This document shows, piece after piece, positions 1-10,022 of a stretch of DNA of 20,000 bases (its first letter is position 1; each line of letters begins with the position of its first letter). The stretch lies in the NCBI GenBank assembly GCA_022813865.1, contig JALDZX010000077.1, forward strand, positions 54,866 to 74,865, given 5' to 3'. Both the position numbers and the translations under genes were made by a program. The notes beneath the pieces are model-generated. The model made no database searches. It was not told the DNA's origin and worked only from the letters and a program-made list of their open reading frames with translations. Origin of the DNA: Xylographa opegraphella. Lineage: Eukaryota.

Positions 1-1056
1 CATTTAAGAATTTGTGTGTGTCTCCTGTGATCGAGTCTGCAAAGTCGAGATCTTGTGCGCCGCTTGCCACTTGCTTTTACTCTTGTCGTATCAGGGCTCT
101 CGCAGAAACACCGAAAGCTGGATCGAGAATGAGCAAACATGGGTAAAGAACGGAAAGTAGAGGGATCTTGCCTACCGCCATCAACGTGAAGCCAGGCAAC
201 GTACTGGTTACCTAAAGACCTAAGCTCTGAGCTTTTGCATTGGGAACCACGTCTGGGTTCCAAAGCCGCCTGTATTTACCTCTCCGCACGGGACCACAAC
301 TATTGAGGCATACTTATCGCGGCTCAGCAGCTTTTCGAGCTTGTCCATGTCAAACATGAGCGGGTTTTCTAAGAGGCCAACATCAATGACCGAGGCTCGG
401 CCCATCGCAATTATGCTAGCCGCCTCTCGCAGCGAAGAATGCGACATTGTTGTCAAGACTTGAAGCAGGTCTGTGCCTGTCCTTCTGCAAGCTTCAAGGA
501 GCCCTGTTTCTCCAATGGATTGCTCGCAATTCTCCACTCCCATCATGACTGCCTCGGATTTTTTCTGCAAGGTCCATTCCCTTCCACAAGTCAGTCCTAG
601 TATGTTACTTTAGGTGGCGCCTGTTGTAAAGGTTCTTCCTTTGAATGTTTCATGCTTGAAATGTAATAAGTCAAGAAGCATCAGCAATGCTCTCTCTTCT
701 ACCACTGTAGCTATGGTCTCGTTCGGGAGATGAACCGCAACATTTTGATCATGCATCGTTACCATATTGTCTGCCAGTCGTGCCGCAAGAGAGGCACCAA
801 CAGTAAGAGATCCATAATAATTAGGAGACAGCGCGCTACCACTAATACCAGGAACAACGACTTTAATCAGATAAGATACAATCTTTCCTAGCCCATGACC
901 ATTGGATGGAAGTCCCGCAAGTAGCGAGCGGGGAGCTATGGCAATTGACTCATGTAGGGGGAGGGGGTGGTAAGGATGAGCCAAAGACAGAGCAGAAGCT
1001 GAGTTTGACTGAATCGGCAATTGGGCCTGCGTCAATTCCTCAGTGATAGAATCCAT
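1..1056 (-). pseudogene. Group II pyridoxal-phosphate-dependent decarboxylase, disrupted; 3' part lies beyond the window start
   Basis: ATG at 1056. ORFs 610-1062 and 220-570 share one frame and read ...DQNVAVHLP...RTFTTGAT*SNILGLTCGRE...SHSSL...GEVNTGGF, split by TAA at 610-612. After a +1 frameshift near 220-233 it reads LGNQYVAWLHVDG. An intron follows (about 118-175, GTAGGC...TCCAG), then AFGVSARALIRQE*KQ...ADSITGDTHKFLN, with TAA at 77-79. WLHVDGAFG and DSITGDxHK (PLP lysine) are hallmark group II decarboxylase motifs. Confidence 0.88.
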
Positions 1057-1621
1057 ACTCAATTTCCTACGATACTAAGTGGTCTTTCCCGAGATGTCGG
1101 GGATATTTGAAGTAACTCGGATTGGTGTACGAAATTATTTATTTGTTAATACTGCGACAAGCGACGCAGAAGGATCTCAAATTAAAAAGTTGTATGACAC
1201 GGAGCTCTTCGAGACATCTCGCTTTGGTCGTCCCAATCATGCTCCAGCGCAAGCAAGATATGCCATAGAGACAACTCCTTCCATTCATAGGACGTCGCTT
1301 CGTGATCCATGCTATCGCCCTGGCCAGTATGTTGTGAGGCGGCAATGATACAGGATGGCGCCAGCATAGGAATCATATTTAGCATTGAAGCCGTACCATT
1401 GAACTCGTTATGAGGTAGTATAGTGCTGATCAATTAGAATCATCTGAAGCGTGCATATGTAATGTTACATTCGTCTGATATGCTAGTGCTGGACTGGATA
1501 CTAGTAACGGTATCTTGCGCATTTCAACAGCGATATAAGTATAAGAGACCAGCTTACCACACATTACAAAGCCAAAGCTTGATACTAGCTTCACTCGTCA
1601 ACAACATTGATATCAGGGAAT

Positions 1622-3727
1622 ATGGAAATGGCCAAGATTTTAGAGCAACGAAGCTATATCGTGCCGGGTATGTCAGAGCCTTCTGTGTCCAACTCGCTGC
1701 TGTGCCGGGACCGAAGATTGACCATACACAATAGGCAAGCTTAGAATCACGGAACATTTCTTCGAAGTGCCAGTAGATCATTCCAAGCCCGACGGTCCCC
1801 AACTCCGTCTGTTCGGGCGGAGTTGCCAGAAGAATGAAAAGCCCGTAGAGCCGGCAAAGGACGAGCCAAAACAGGCCCCATGGTGTATTTGTACCCCTTC
1901 TTCTGTCCTATCTGTCACTTGCTGAACTTAAGTATAGTCGTGTATCTCCAAGGTGATTCAAATCGATCTGCTTGTATGGATGTTGTACTGAGGCTCGCGA
2001 GGCGGTCCCGGTATGCCGTGCCGTTCTCCAGAGAACTATCCTTGGACCAATGCTATTCTCGATAAGGGCTACCAGGTATGACCACGTCGTTGATATGAAT
2101 CATGAGTTAATACGACGTTAGGTGTTCTTTCCGGACCAGCGCGGTGAGACGCATCGTCGGGAGTATTTATTATAGGGCTGATGTGGCCCTCTATCAGGCA
2201 CTGGCTTGAGCAGTACCATCACTGCGGCCACGCTTGCTAAGCAAGGTAGCCCAGCTGATCAGGCAGCTTACATCAAGCATTTTCGTGCCGATAACATTGG
2301 TAGACCTTCATTCCAGGCCTACGTGGTTTGACAATGCGAATGGAACTGATGCACCATTACAGTCAAGGACATGGAGGCGATCCGTAAGGTGTTTACAAAA
2401 GACTACCCGGAGAGCAAGAAGAAGTGGAGTGTTCTGGGTCAAAGTTTTGGAGGATTCTGCATTGTAAACTACTTGTCTCGCTTGTAAGTCTGCCGATCTC
2501 GCTGAAAGTTGAGTCAATTCCCTAATACTAAGATATAGTCCTGGAGGCCTCCAAGAAGGTATATTCTCCTTTGCAAGGCAGGTATTAGTTTCTAATTTGG
2601 TATACAGTGTTTCTGTCTGGTGGCCTACCGCCGCTGGTTAAGCAACCAGACGTTGTATACGAAAGGCTCTACAGTACGCACAACGTTTTAAAAATTCCAA
2701 TATAAGTGCTAATTACATGCAGGAAAGATAGCTGATAGAAGCTACGCCTATTATCAGAAATTTCCTGAAGACGTGCAGCGGATGAAAGACATTGCTGGGT
2801 ACTTGAGCAAGGAAGAGGTGAGGACCAATACAGGTGGCATTGTCTCAGTTAGTCGTCTTCGTCAATTTGGATTTGTGCTTGGCTTTCATGGTATGTGATT
2901 GCTTTTGCCAGGAGATCCTAGCTAACACTTGCATAGGAAGTTTTGATCTCATCCATGGTTGACGTCTGCACTTCAACTGTCTCAAGGCTCGTCGCTGATA
3001 CAGTAATAGGAACCATTCTGAGGATGGCCAACGATCTCACAATGTTCGGTTTCCTTACCCGACCGACCATTCAAAACTTTGACAACTTAGGCCCATTCGA
3101 GACGCATATCCTCTATGCTCTTGTTCACGAGCCTTGCTACCTTTCAGGGTAAGTACTTAATATAAGCTCTGCCCGTAGGAATCTCTGACATCATCGCAGA
3201 GCTGCCTCGAACTGGTCCGCTGAGCGTATGATCCATAATTTCCCAGAATTCGGCTCGTGCACCGCCGACAGCACTGACCCCATCCTCTTCACCTCCGAAA
3301 TGGTAAGAATCTACCACAATTGTCATTGCAGGACTGCACCGCCGCGTTGTCGAACTTTTTAATCATTCCCAGGGCCACCCTTTCCCTACCTTTCGAGCTG
3401 ACATCCCCTTTCCAGATCTTCAAATCCATGTTTAACGACTACGCTGAGCTGCGCCCACTGTACGAGACCATGGATACCATCCAGCATATATCTGACTGGC
3501 CGGACCTGTACGACGAGGCTCAGCTGGCGAAGAATGAAGTCCCGGCCTACGCGGCCGTGTATCTGAACGATTTGTACGTCGATTATGAGTATTCGAGCGA
3601 GACTGCGAGAAAGATCAAGGGGTGCAAAACGTTCGTGAGGAGCGACATGTACCATGAGGCCTTAGTGAGTAAGACTGCGGACGTGATAGAACAATTATTC
3701 AAGTTGAGAGATGATGTGTTGGATTAA
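1622..3727 (+). CDS. Prolyl aminopeptidase / proline iminopeptidase (alpha/beta hydrolase, peptidase family S33), 14 exons
   Basis: Spliced reading: MEMAKILEQRSYIVPGKLRITEHFFEVPVDHSKP...VYLQGGPG...DQRGTGLS...HFRADNIVKDMEAIR...LGQSFGGF (nucleophile elbow)...SGGLPP...YLNDLYVD...MYHEAL...KLRDDVLD*. Thirteen GT-AG introns at about 1668-1734, 1884-1937, 1953-2001, 2076-2121, 2144-2197, 2300-2362, 2484-2538, 2559-2607, 2673-2722, 2891-2936, 2958-3009, 3149-3199 and 3303-3415. The frame stays open throughout. Confidence 0.92.
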
Positions 3728-4327
3728 ACTCGACCAGGAGACGGGGAACCATGATATTACCTTCACAAAACACATCTATGATGCGCTATATTCGTATGAG
3801 GTAATGACGCGTTCGATCCTGGTTTTATTATGGTAGCAGTTGTGCCATTACCATAAAACTGAACCGTTCATATTACAAGTGTAGATTCCATAATCTGGGT
3901 ACCATTTTGAGTAAATGGCTTGACATCGAACCAAATAACCATGACGGATGGTGACCGGAAACCTGTATGATAGTAGTCTGGCATGTCAGTACTTCACTAT
4001 CCTGGCGAGTTGATATATCCACTTTTCCAGATTATGTGGAACCCAGCGTCCGGCTTTCTGTGCCTGAGTACAACGTTGCGGTTTCCAAATTCCGGGGATC
4101 TCAAATGCTTCAGAACATTGCCAAAACCTCCCACGGAAGTATCTCAACTTAGATCAACTCATAAGCTACAGTTGTCGTGTATTGGCGGAACTCCTGGCTG
4201 ATATGATACGAGGACCGCCGACCAGCAGTGCTTTCGTCAGATATTTAGTATTGGAGGCTGCATATAGGCTAATTGAACTCTTCTTTCTAGTAGCTTGTAG
4301 CTCTGATGAAGCATGAAAAGCTCTTAC

Positions 4328-5431
4328 TCACTCAGCTAACTCTCGGCCAAAGTCAATAAGTCTCAGGTTCCGTGCATCTCTTGGATGAAATTGTGCAACC
4401 TTCGCTCTGATCAAGAATCTTACGGCGGCAGAGTCCCGTGTGAGGGTCACATAGGCGTCCGGGCCTTCCTCGGCAGCTATGTTAAGCAGATCCTCTATCA
4501 ATGACCTCATCTCTGCAGCTGTAGCTTCTCTCTCATAACCTTCTCTAATAGCGCCCTCATGTGGTCCCCAAATTCGATCGATACGCCTTTGTCGTTTGCT
4601 ATCGACCTTACCCGTCTGTGCTTTCGGCTTCTTTGCAGTACCTTTTGGGTTGAAGCCAGCCGCGAGCATTTCATCGGATACGTCGAGCAGATCGCCCACG
4701 ACAGGGCCACCGAGTTCTTCCGCTGCGACAAGTGCTGCTAGGTGGGATTTGATGAAGCGGGCAAGGGCCTTCACTGACTTCCTAGTGTCTTCCTCGAGAA
4801 ATTGGCTGCGCTCCTCTTGCGAAGCGATCACAGCTTTAGCGGTCTCCTCCGGACTTACCTGAGACTTCTCCTGCACTTCAATGGTTAGTCTAGCGATACC
4901 ATCTTTCAGAGCAGCAGTGATGAGTTGAGCGTCATGGAGATCGGCTTGTTCTTGAGCCAGCCGTTCGCGAGCTTCCGACAGCTTCCGATGGGTAGTCCAT
5001 GCAGAGTCTTTAGATTCTGCGAACACTTTATGGGTATTGCGCAGTGCAAGAAGGACGGGCAGTGGAGAGTCCGGGCTCGGTAGGTATGGCGCGGCTTGAG
5101 TTAAGTTTCCATAAGCCGCTTTGATAGCTCGAAGCTGCTGTAGGCGCTTCTTAGGGTCTGTGGACGGTTGGTCGAAGTTGGACTCTGCGACGTTTGCTTT
5201 CAGCTAAGGAAACGTCAGTTGTGAATGACGTGAGGTAAGGACGTTGTGCGTGACCTGCACGAGAGCATTCTTTTCTTCTTCGACTTGTGATGAAAGCTCC
5301 TTGAAAGCTATATCGAGTCGAGCAGCATACGCAGAGCTGTCACTAACAGGCGATGGGGGGCTCTCCTCTACCTCTTTGGCCTGTCGGAGATAATCCTGTA
5401 GCTTGTCAAGCACCTCGACTGGCTCCGTCAT
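4328..5431 (-). CDS. Probable inner kinetochore subunit, CENP-K/Sim4-like coiled-coil protein (about 350 aa)
   Basis: Exons 5431-5255 and 5203-4328, with intron 5254-5204 (GTCACG...CTGAC...TAG). Coiled-coil-like middle region. The C-terminus YVTLTRDSAAVRFLIRAKVAQFHPRDARNLRLIDF resembles fungal CENP-K family proteins as I recall them. The gene model is firm; the family call is less so. Confidence 0.68.
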
Positions 5432-5520
5432 TGTTTGTCATAGATGAAAGAGCTTTCGTATCGTGCCCGACGAGGTTGTAGGTAAGCTAAACCAATCAAG
5501 TATTGTTGGTCCAGTACCAT

Positions 5521-5532
5521 GCGCGTTCGCGT
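5521..5532 (-). promoter_or_regulatory. Tandem CGCG-core (MCB/SCB-like) elements upstream of the CENP-K-like gene
   Basis: The minus strand reads ACGCGAACGCGC about 90 bp upstream of the ATG at 5431. MBF-type G1/S boxes would be plausible for a kinetochore gene, but the motif is short. Confidence 0.25.
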
Positions 5533-7055
5533 ATAGGAATGTCATGACCGACTTCAAGCTCTTTGCAGCATCACCGGGTATGTTATCCTAGGACCAGAGG
5601 ACCCAGTAGGATATTCTTAACGAGGCTCTCGAAGGCTTTGTAATTTGTTACGGGTCTTTAATGGTCCTCGGCCGTCAGGCAGCTTATATCGATCACCCCT
5701 CCAAAACTTAAGGTCGACTATTTTAACACTGCATTCCAAGTTGAGGAGCTACCTCCCTGTCCTAATACATTGAGAATACTTTGTTTTTTGTTTTCTGTGG
5801 GTTACTGCCAGAGTGCATGCTTAACTCCATACTACGAAGTAAGATTAGGACCATCCGATAAACTCAGATACATTCGATCAACAGGAGAGCAATTTATCTC
5901 GGTACTTGCCCAGAAACCATGGAGAGCTTTCGGCGATAAAATTATGGCGTTCGTGCTTCAGACTTATTGCCCATAATTAAGCTCTACCTGGATTGCCACC
6001 TGCACTTGGGGCTGGACGGCTTGTGAGTAGATGAGACATCCTTTATAAGCACATTCTTCACAATATGTGACATCTAATATACTCAATACGAGTATGCGTC
6101 TGGTATATTCGCAAACAGCGCAATCAAATATACTTGTTCAATTAGATTGGTATTCACCTCTCATTTCGACGTGCTTCTACACACTCTTGTATAAAAGTGC
6201 TTTAAGTCGACGAGATGTAAGTGCATAGATCTTTGCTAGGTCTATATCTAGCACTTTGTGTGTTTTCCTCAAAGTTCGTTTTGGTTACAGGCGCCTCTGT
6301 AAGTTCGATTGGCTCTTTTTTCCGCTTCCTCCGTTGCCGAACAGGCTTTATTACATCCGCAGCGACGCGAAATGATTTAAGAATTGATGTTTCCATGATC
6401 TGCCATCCTAACCTTCATACACTCCGTCAGAGTATTACGTCCCTGTCATTCATCGGTGCAGGGCTGGACTTTCGAACAATTCAAGGGTTGAATTGAACTA
6501 CACGCAAGCAGTTTGTCTGGCTTATCGAGCAGCAGATTGCGATTACCAATGCTGAAAGGCATAGCATCAACGGTACGGACATGAAGACGTTGGCGAAGAA
6601 CATTGTCAATGTTATCCTAACAAAACAGAAGAGGCAATTATGGAGAGGCAAAATAGTGAGCATGACCATTTGGTAAGTATGTTTGTTCCAGGGGATTGAT
6701 GACGAAATGACAGAAGCGGAAACAGGAATGGGGAGTCTCGCACTAGCAATCAGTGGAGGAAAACTGTGGAGATTAAGAGGTCCTGATCATTCGAACCAAA
6801 GATGTGAAGGAGTTTGTCTGTTTGCTCTTTTATGAAAACTAGTGGCGCGGGCTGCTATTGGACATGTAGATGGCATATCTGGGTTGTTGTCTGAGTTTTG
6901 CAGGCAACTGCTGCATAGCAGCGTCAGCCATAAGAACGTCGAAGCCAGAGAGGAGCGATAGGTCCAATAGGCGCGGTGATAGGACCATGAAGACGGGATT
7001 GAAGGATTGTCGTTAAAAACGCGTGATCTTAAAGTGGCTAGCGCATAGACTAAAA

Positions 7056-7655
7056 TCCACCTCCTCCCGCACTTCTTTCCTCGTTCTTCCCGACTCCTAA
7101 ATCATTGTGACGATTTTCTTCTTCACCTACGCCTCATCAATTTCGTCTCTCTCTTCTACTCACTCGAGTACCTCGCTTCGAGAGGTGTATAGTGAACAAC
7201 GCTTCAACGTTCGAACACTCCTTTACTGCCTGTCGCAACACATCGGGCTTCAGAACAATAACAGGTTTGGATTAAGAAGCTCAGTTGGAAGGTTTCCTAG
7301 GTCACTAACAGCGTCCTCCGTCGTCACTCATCACTTTCACCGCACGGTCTCATCCGCATCACAATTGTTCCCTGTGATCATTTGATTGCAATTTGGAAGA
7401 TCCCTTCGCTACTACGCAACCCATCACAGCACAACTCCACAGACCCGATCATCACTCCATCACCACCCTCATCCTGATATCGATCACCAGCACATCCTCA
7501 TACTCCACACGATCCATTGCACCAGCAAGTTTTCTTTCGAAACCCCCTGGTGTACATAGCCGATCAATCAAAAGAATTCAGCCAACCACAAGTACATTGC
7601 AAAGATATTGCCTGAATCGAGATTTCGAAAGATTCATATTGATAAATAGGCAAAA
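7056..7655 (+). promoter_or_regulatory. Long ATG-free 5' leader of the KH gene, with a CT-rich start region and probable UTR introns
   Basis: Pyrimidine-rich tract at about 7056-7165, typical of fungal transcription start regions. No ATG on the + strand from about 7000 to 7655. Candidate introns at 7265-7311 (GTTTGG...CTAACAG) and about 7592-7649 (GTACAT...TTGAT AAATAG), just before GCAAAAATG. Confidence 0.5.
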
Positions 7656-9245
7656 ATGTCTGCATCACCTTCCGCGAACACGGTCCCATCAACCAAACGT
7701 CCTCTGGACGATGAATCCTCTCCATCAGGGCCAACTGATCAACCAGACGCTAAGCGACCTGCTCTCGATAAGGTTGGGAAATCAGAGCTTCCAGACGAAG
7801 AGGAGTCCAAGGTCGACGCCGACGACACCGCCCCTATTCCGGTTATTACAGACGATGTAAAACAGGAGGAGGAGAATAAGATGCTGTCAAATGGTCATAC
7901 TGATGCACTTGGTGATACTATCGTTCCTGACGCCCCGAACGGTACCAATCCATCTGCATCCTCAGTTTTGAACACTCAACCAATTCAATCAACTGCTGGA
8001 CAGCATGACAGCTCTGGCTCGCACGGGCAGATGCAGCACCAAGGCCATCAAGATGAAACGGGATGGATCCATGTCCGTGCTGTTATTTCAAGTGCAGAAG
8101 CAGCCACAGTCATCGGCAAAGGGGGAGAGAATGTTTCACAAATTCGTCGTCTTTCAGGTGCGAAATGCACCGTGAGTGATTATGCTCGTGGCGCAGTTGA
8201 GAGAATCCTCACTGTTAGCGGCCTCGTAGATGCTACTGCCAAGGTCAGTCGTGCCTTTTGAATTCCTTTCTTTGGCTAATTTACCAAGGCCTTCGGTCTG
8301 ATAATTCGAACACTTAACAACGAGCCTCTCGAAGCGCCTTCAACACCACAGTCGAAGACCTATCCCCTCCGACTTCTCGTACCACATATCTTGATTGGTT
8401 CTATCATTGGCAAGTCTGGTGTGCGTATTCGAGAAATCCAGGAATTATCTGGAGCTCGCCTAAATGCTTCCGACTCCTGTCTACCCCTTTCTACTGAGCG
8501 TTCTCTTGTGGTTCTTGGTGTTGCTGATGCCGTACATATCGCGACATACTATGTCGGCCAGACATTGGTGGAACAACTTACGGAACGATTTGGTGGCCCG
8601 GCCGCTTCAGCATATGCCACGCGTAGTGGCGGGCCGGCTGGTGTAGTACCCGGTGGTATGCAGGTGGTTCCGTACGTGCCGCAGCCGGCAGGTGGTCAAT
8701 ATGGTCATCCCGACAATTACAAACGTCACAATAACCAGCCACAACGCACACCAGCAAATCCCTATGCGGTACCATATCTTCATGGTCAACCACCTCAGCA
8801 ACAACCACAAGCTCCAGTACATTATGCCAACTCACCACAGCAAGGCTACGCAGGTGCAGGGCCACATCAGCCTCAACAGCATGGCGGGCATCAAGCCCCG
8901 CATAGTCATGCTGGGCCCCCAGCTCAGCCAATGCAAGGCATGGTACCCGGTCAGCCCCTGACTCAACAGATCTTCATTCCTAACGACATGGTTGGAGCCA
9001 TTATTGGTAAAGGCGGCGCCAAAATCAACGAAATCAGGCAGCTTAGTGGAAGCGTGATCAAGATCAACGAACCCCAAGACAATAGCAATGAACGACTAGT
9101 TACTATTACAGGGACACAGGAGTGTAATCAGATGGCGCTATATATGCTCTATTCCAGACTTGGTAAGCCTCCAATATGGATTGAAGAGCATTACGATCAG
9201 TGTGCTAATCTACCTATCACAGAGAGTGAGAAGCACCGGATCTAG
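7656..9245 (+). CDS. Three-KH-domain RNA-binding protein (Rnc1/Pbp2/hnRNP K-like)
   Basis: Exons 7656-8243, 8289-9162 and 9223-9245. Three KH GxxG loops (VIGKGGENV, IIGKSGVRI, IIGKGGAKI). Acidic low-complexity N-terminus with KRP motifs, a Q/P/H/G-rich linker between KH2 and KH3, and C-terminus YSRLESEKHRI. Confidence 0.95.
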
Positions 9246-10022
9246 TTCGTCTAGGTGACTAGCAGAGTATCGTTTCTTACTAAAAGTATCTGCATGAAGC
9301 ATGTGTGATTTTCCTTTCCTTGGTAGGAGATTCAGGAACTTTTTAGTCATTGTGCTTGATTTGAAACCCCGGCCATAGAACAAACTGCTATGTTCAAATT
9401 GACCCATGCGCCATGACAATGCTCATTGAATTGTGTCAGTGCATCGTGTGGGTGTCACCAAAGTGGCCAACCTTGCGGATGCATATCATGACTAGATTAG
9501 TGCCCAAGATGGCGAGATGATGCCAGAGATGTGTCTTCTACGTCTGTATGTGTACGGGGTCTGTCAGACAAATCCAGTGTCTTAATTCCTAAGACTCATC
9601 ATAATATGGTTTGAGGAATCTACATACTGATGTTTGACAGTGCATTGCCGGATGTGGATCTGGGATTTTCTTTGCGTCACTGAAAACAGTAACAAAGCGT
9701 GACGGATAGCACACAAACATTAGAAACACATCCCTTTTCATTATTTTCGATATTGGTCATTCACATTATCTTTAACATCATTCACTCGTTCGATACAATA
9801 GCAGTGTTGTTGCGGTGGTAGTCTGGTGCTAATTTCTATGCTGATCCTTCACTATTGTCCTACGGCTGCAAATATACGCTACCGATGCACATAACATAGT
9901 GAATCGTTTACTATATTGTCTCCAAATCATCTCGTCACGGTTGCCTGATTTTGCACTTACCTGAACGAAGCCGAGTGATCATCCAAGCTTTGCTCATCAG
10001 AAACTTGAAGAAGAGCATCAAT

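Noticed and set aside
77..612. Stop-codon readthrough, recoding or A-to-I editing rescuing the decarboxylase
   Set aside because: Both stops are TAA at positions where Trp is not expected, there is also a frameshift, and other genes here use TAA as a normal stop. Pseudogenisation is simpler.
1079..1433. Short overlapping ORFs between the decarboxylase and the aminopeptidase
   Set aside because: No recognisable motifs and mostly non-ATG starts. The region is best explained as a divergent promoter.
7019..7024. Single ACGCGT (MCB) hexamer upstream of the KH gene
   Set aside because: One 6-mer is expected by chance in 20 kb and has no supporting context.
7393..7860. 155-aa TTG-initiated ORF overlapping the KH gene start
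   Set aside because: Out of frame with the KH CDS, low-complexity T/S/H/P content that reflects the CA-rich leader, and it spans a probable UTR intron.
8690..8960. CAA/CAG-rich stretch resembling a repeat array
   Set aside because: It encodes the Q/P/H-rich linker of the KH protein and has no regular periodicity.
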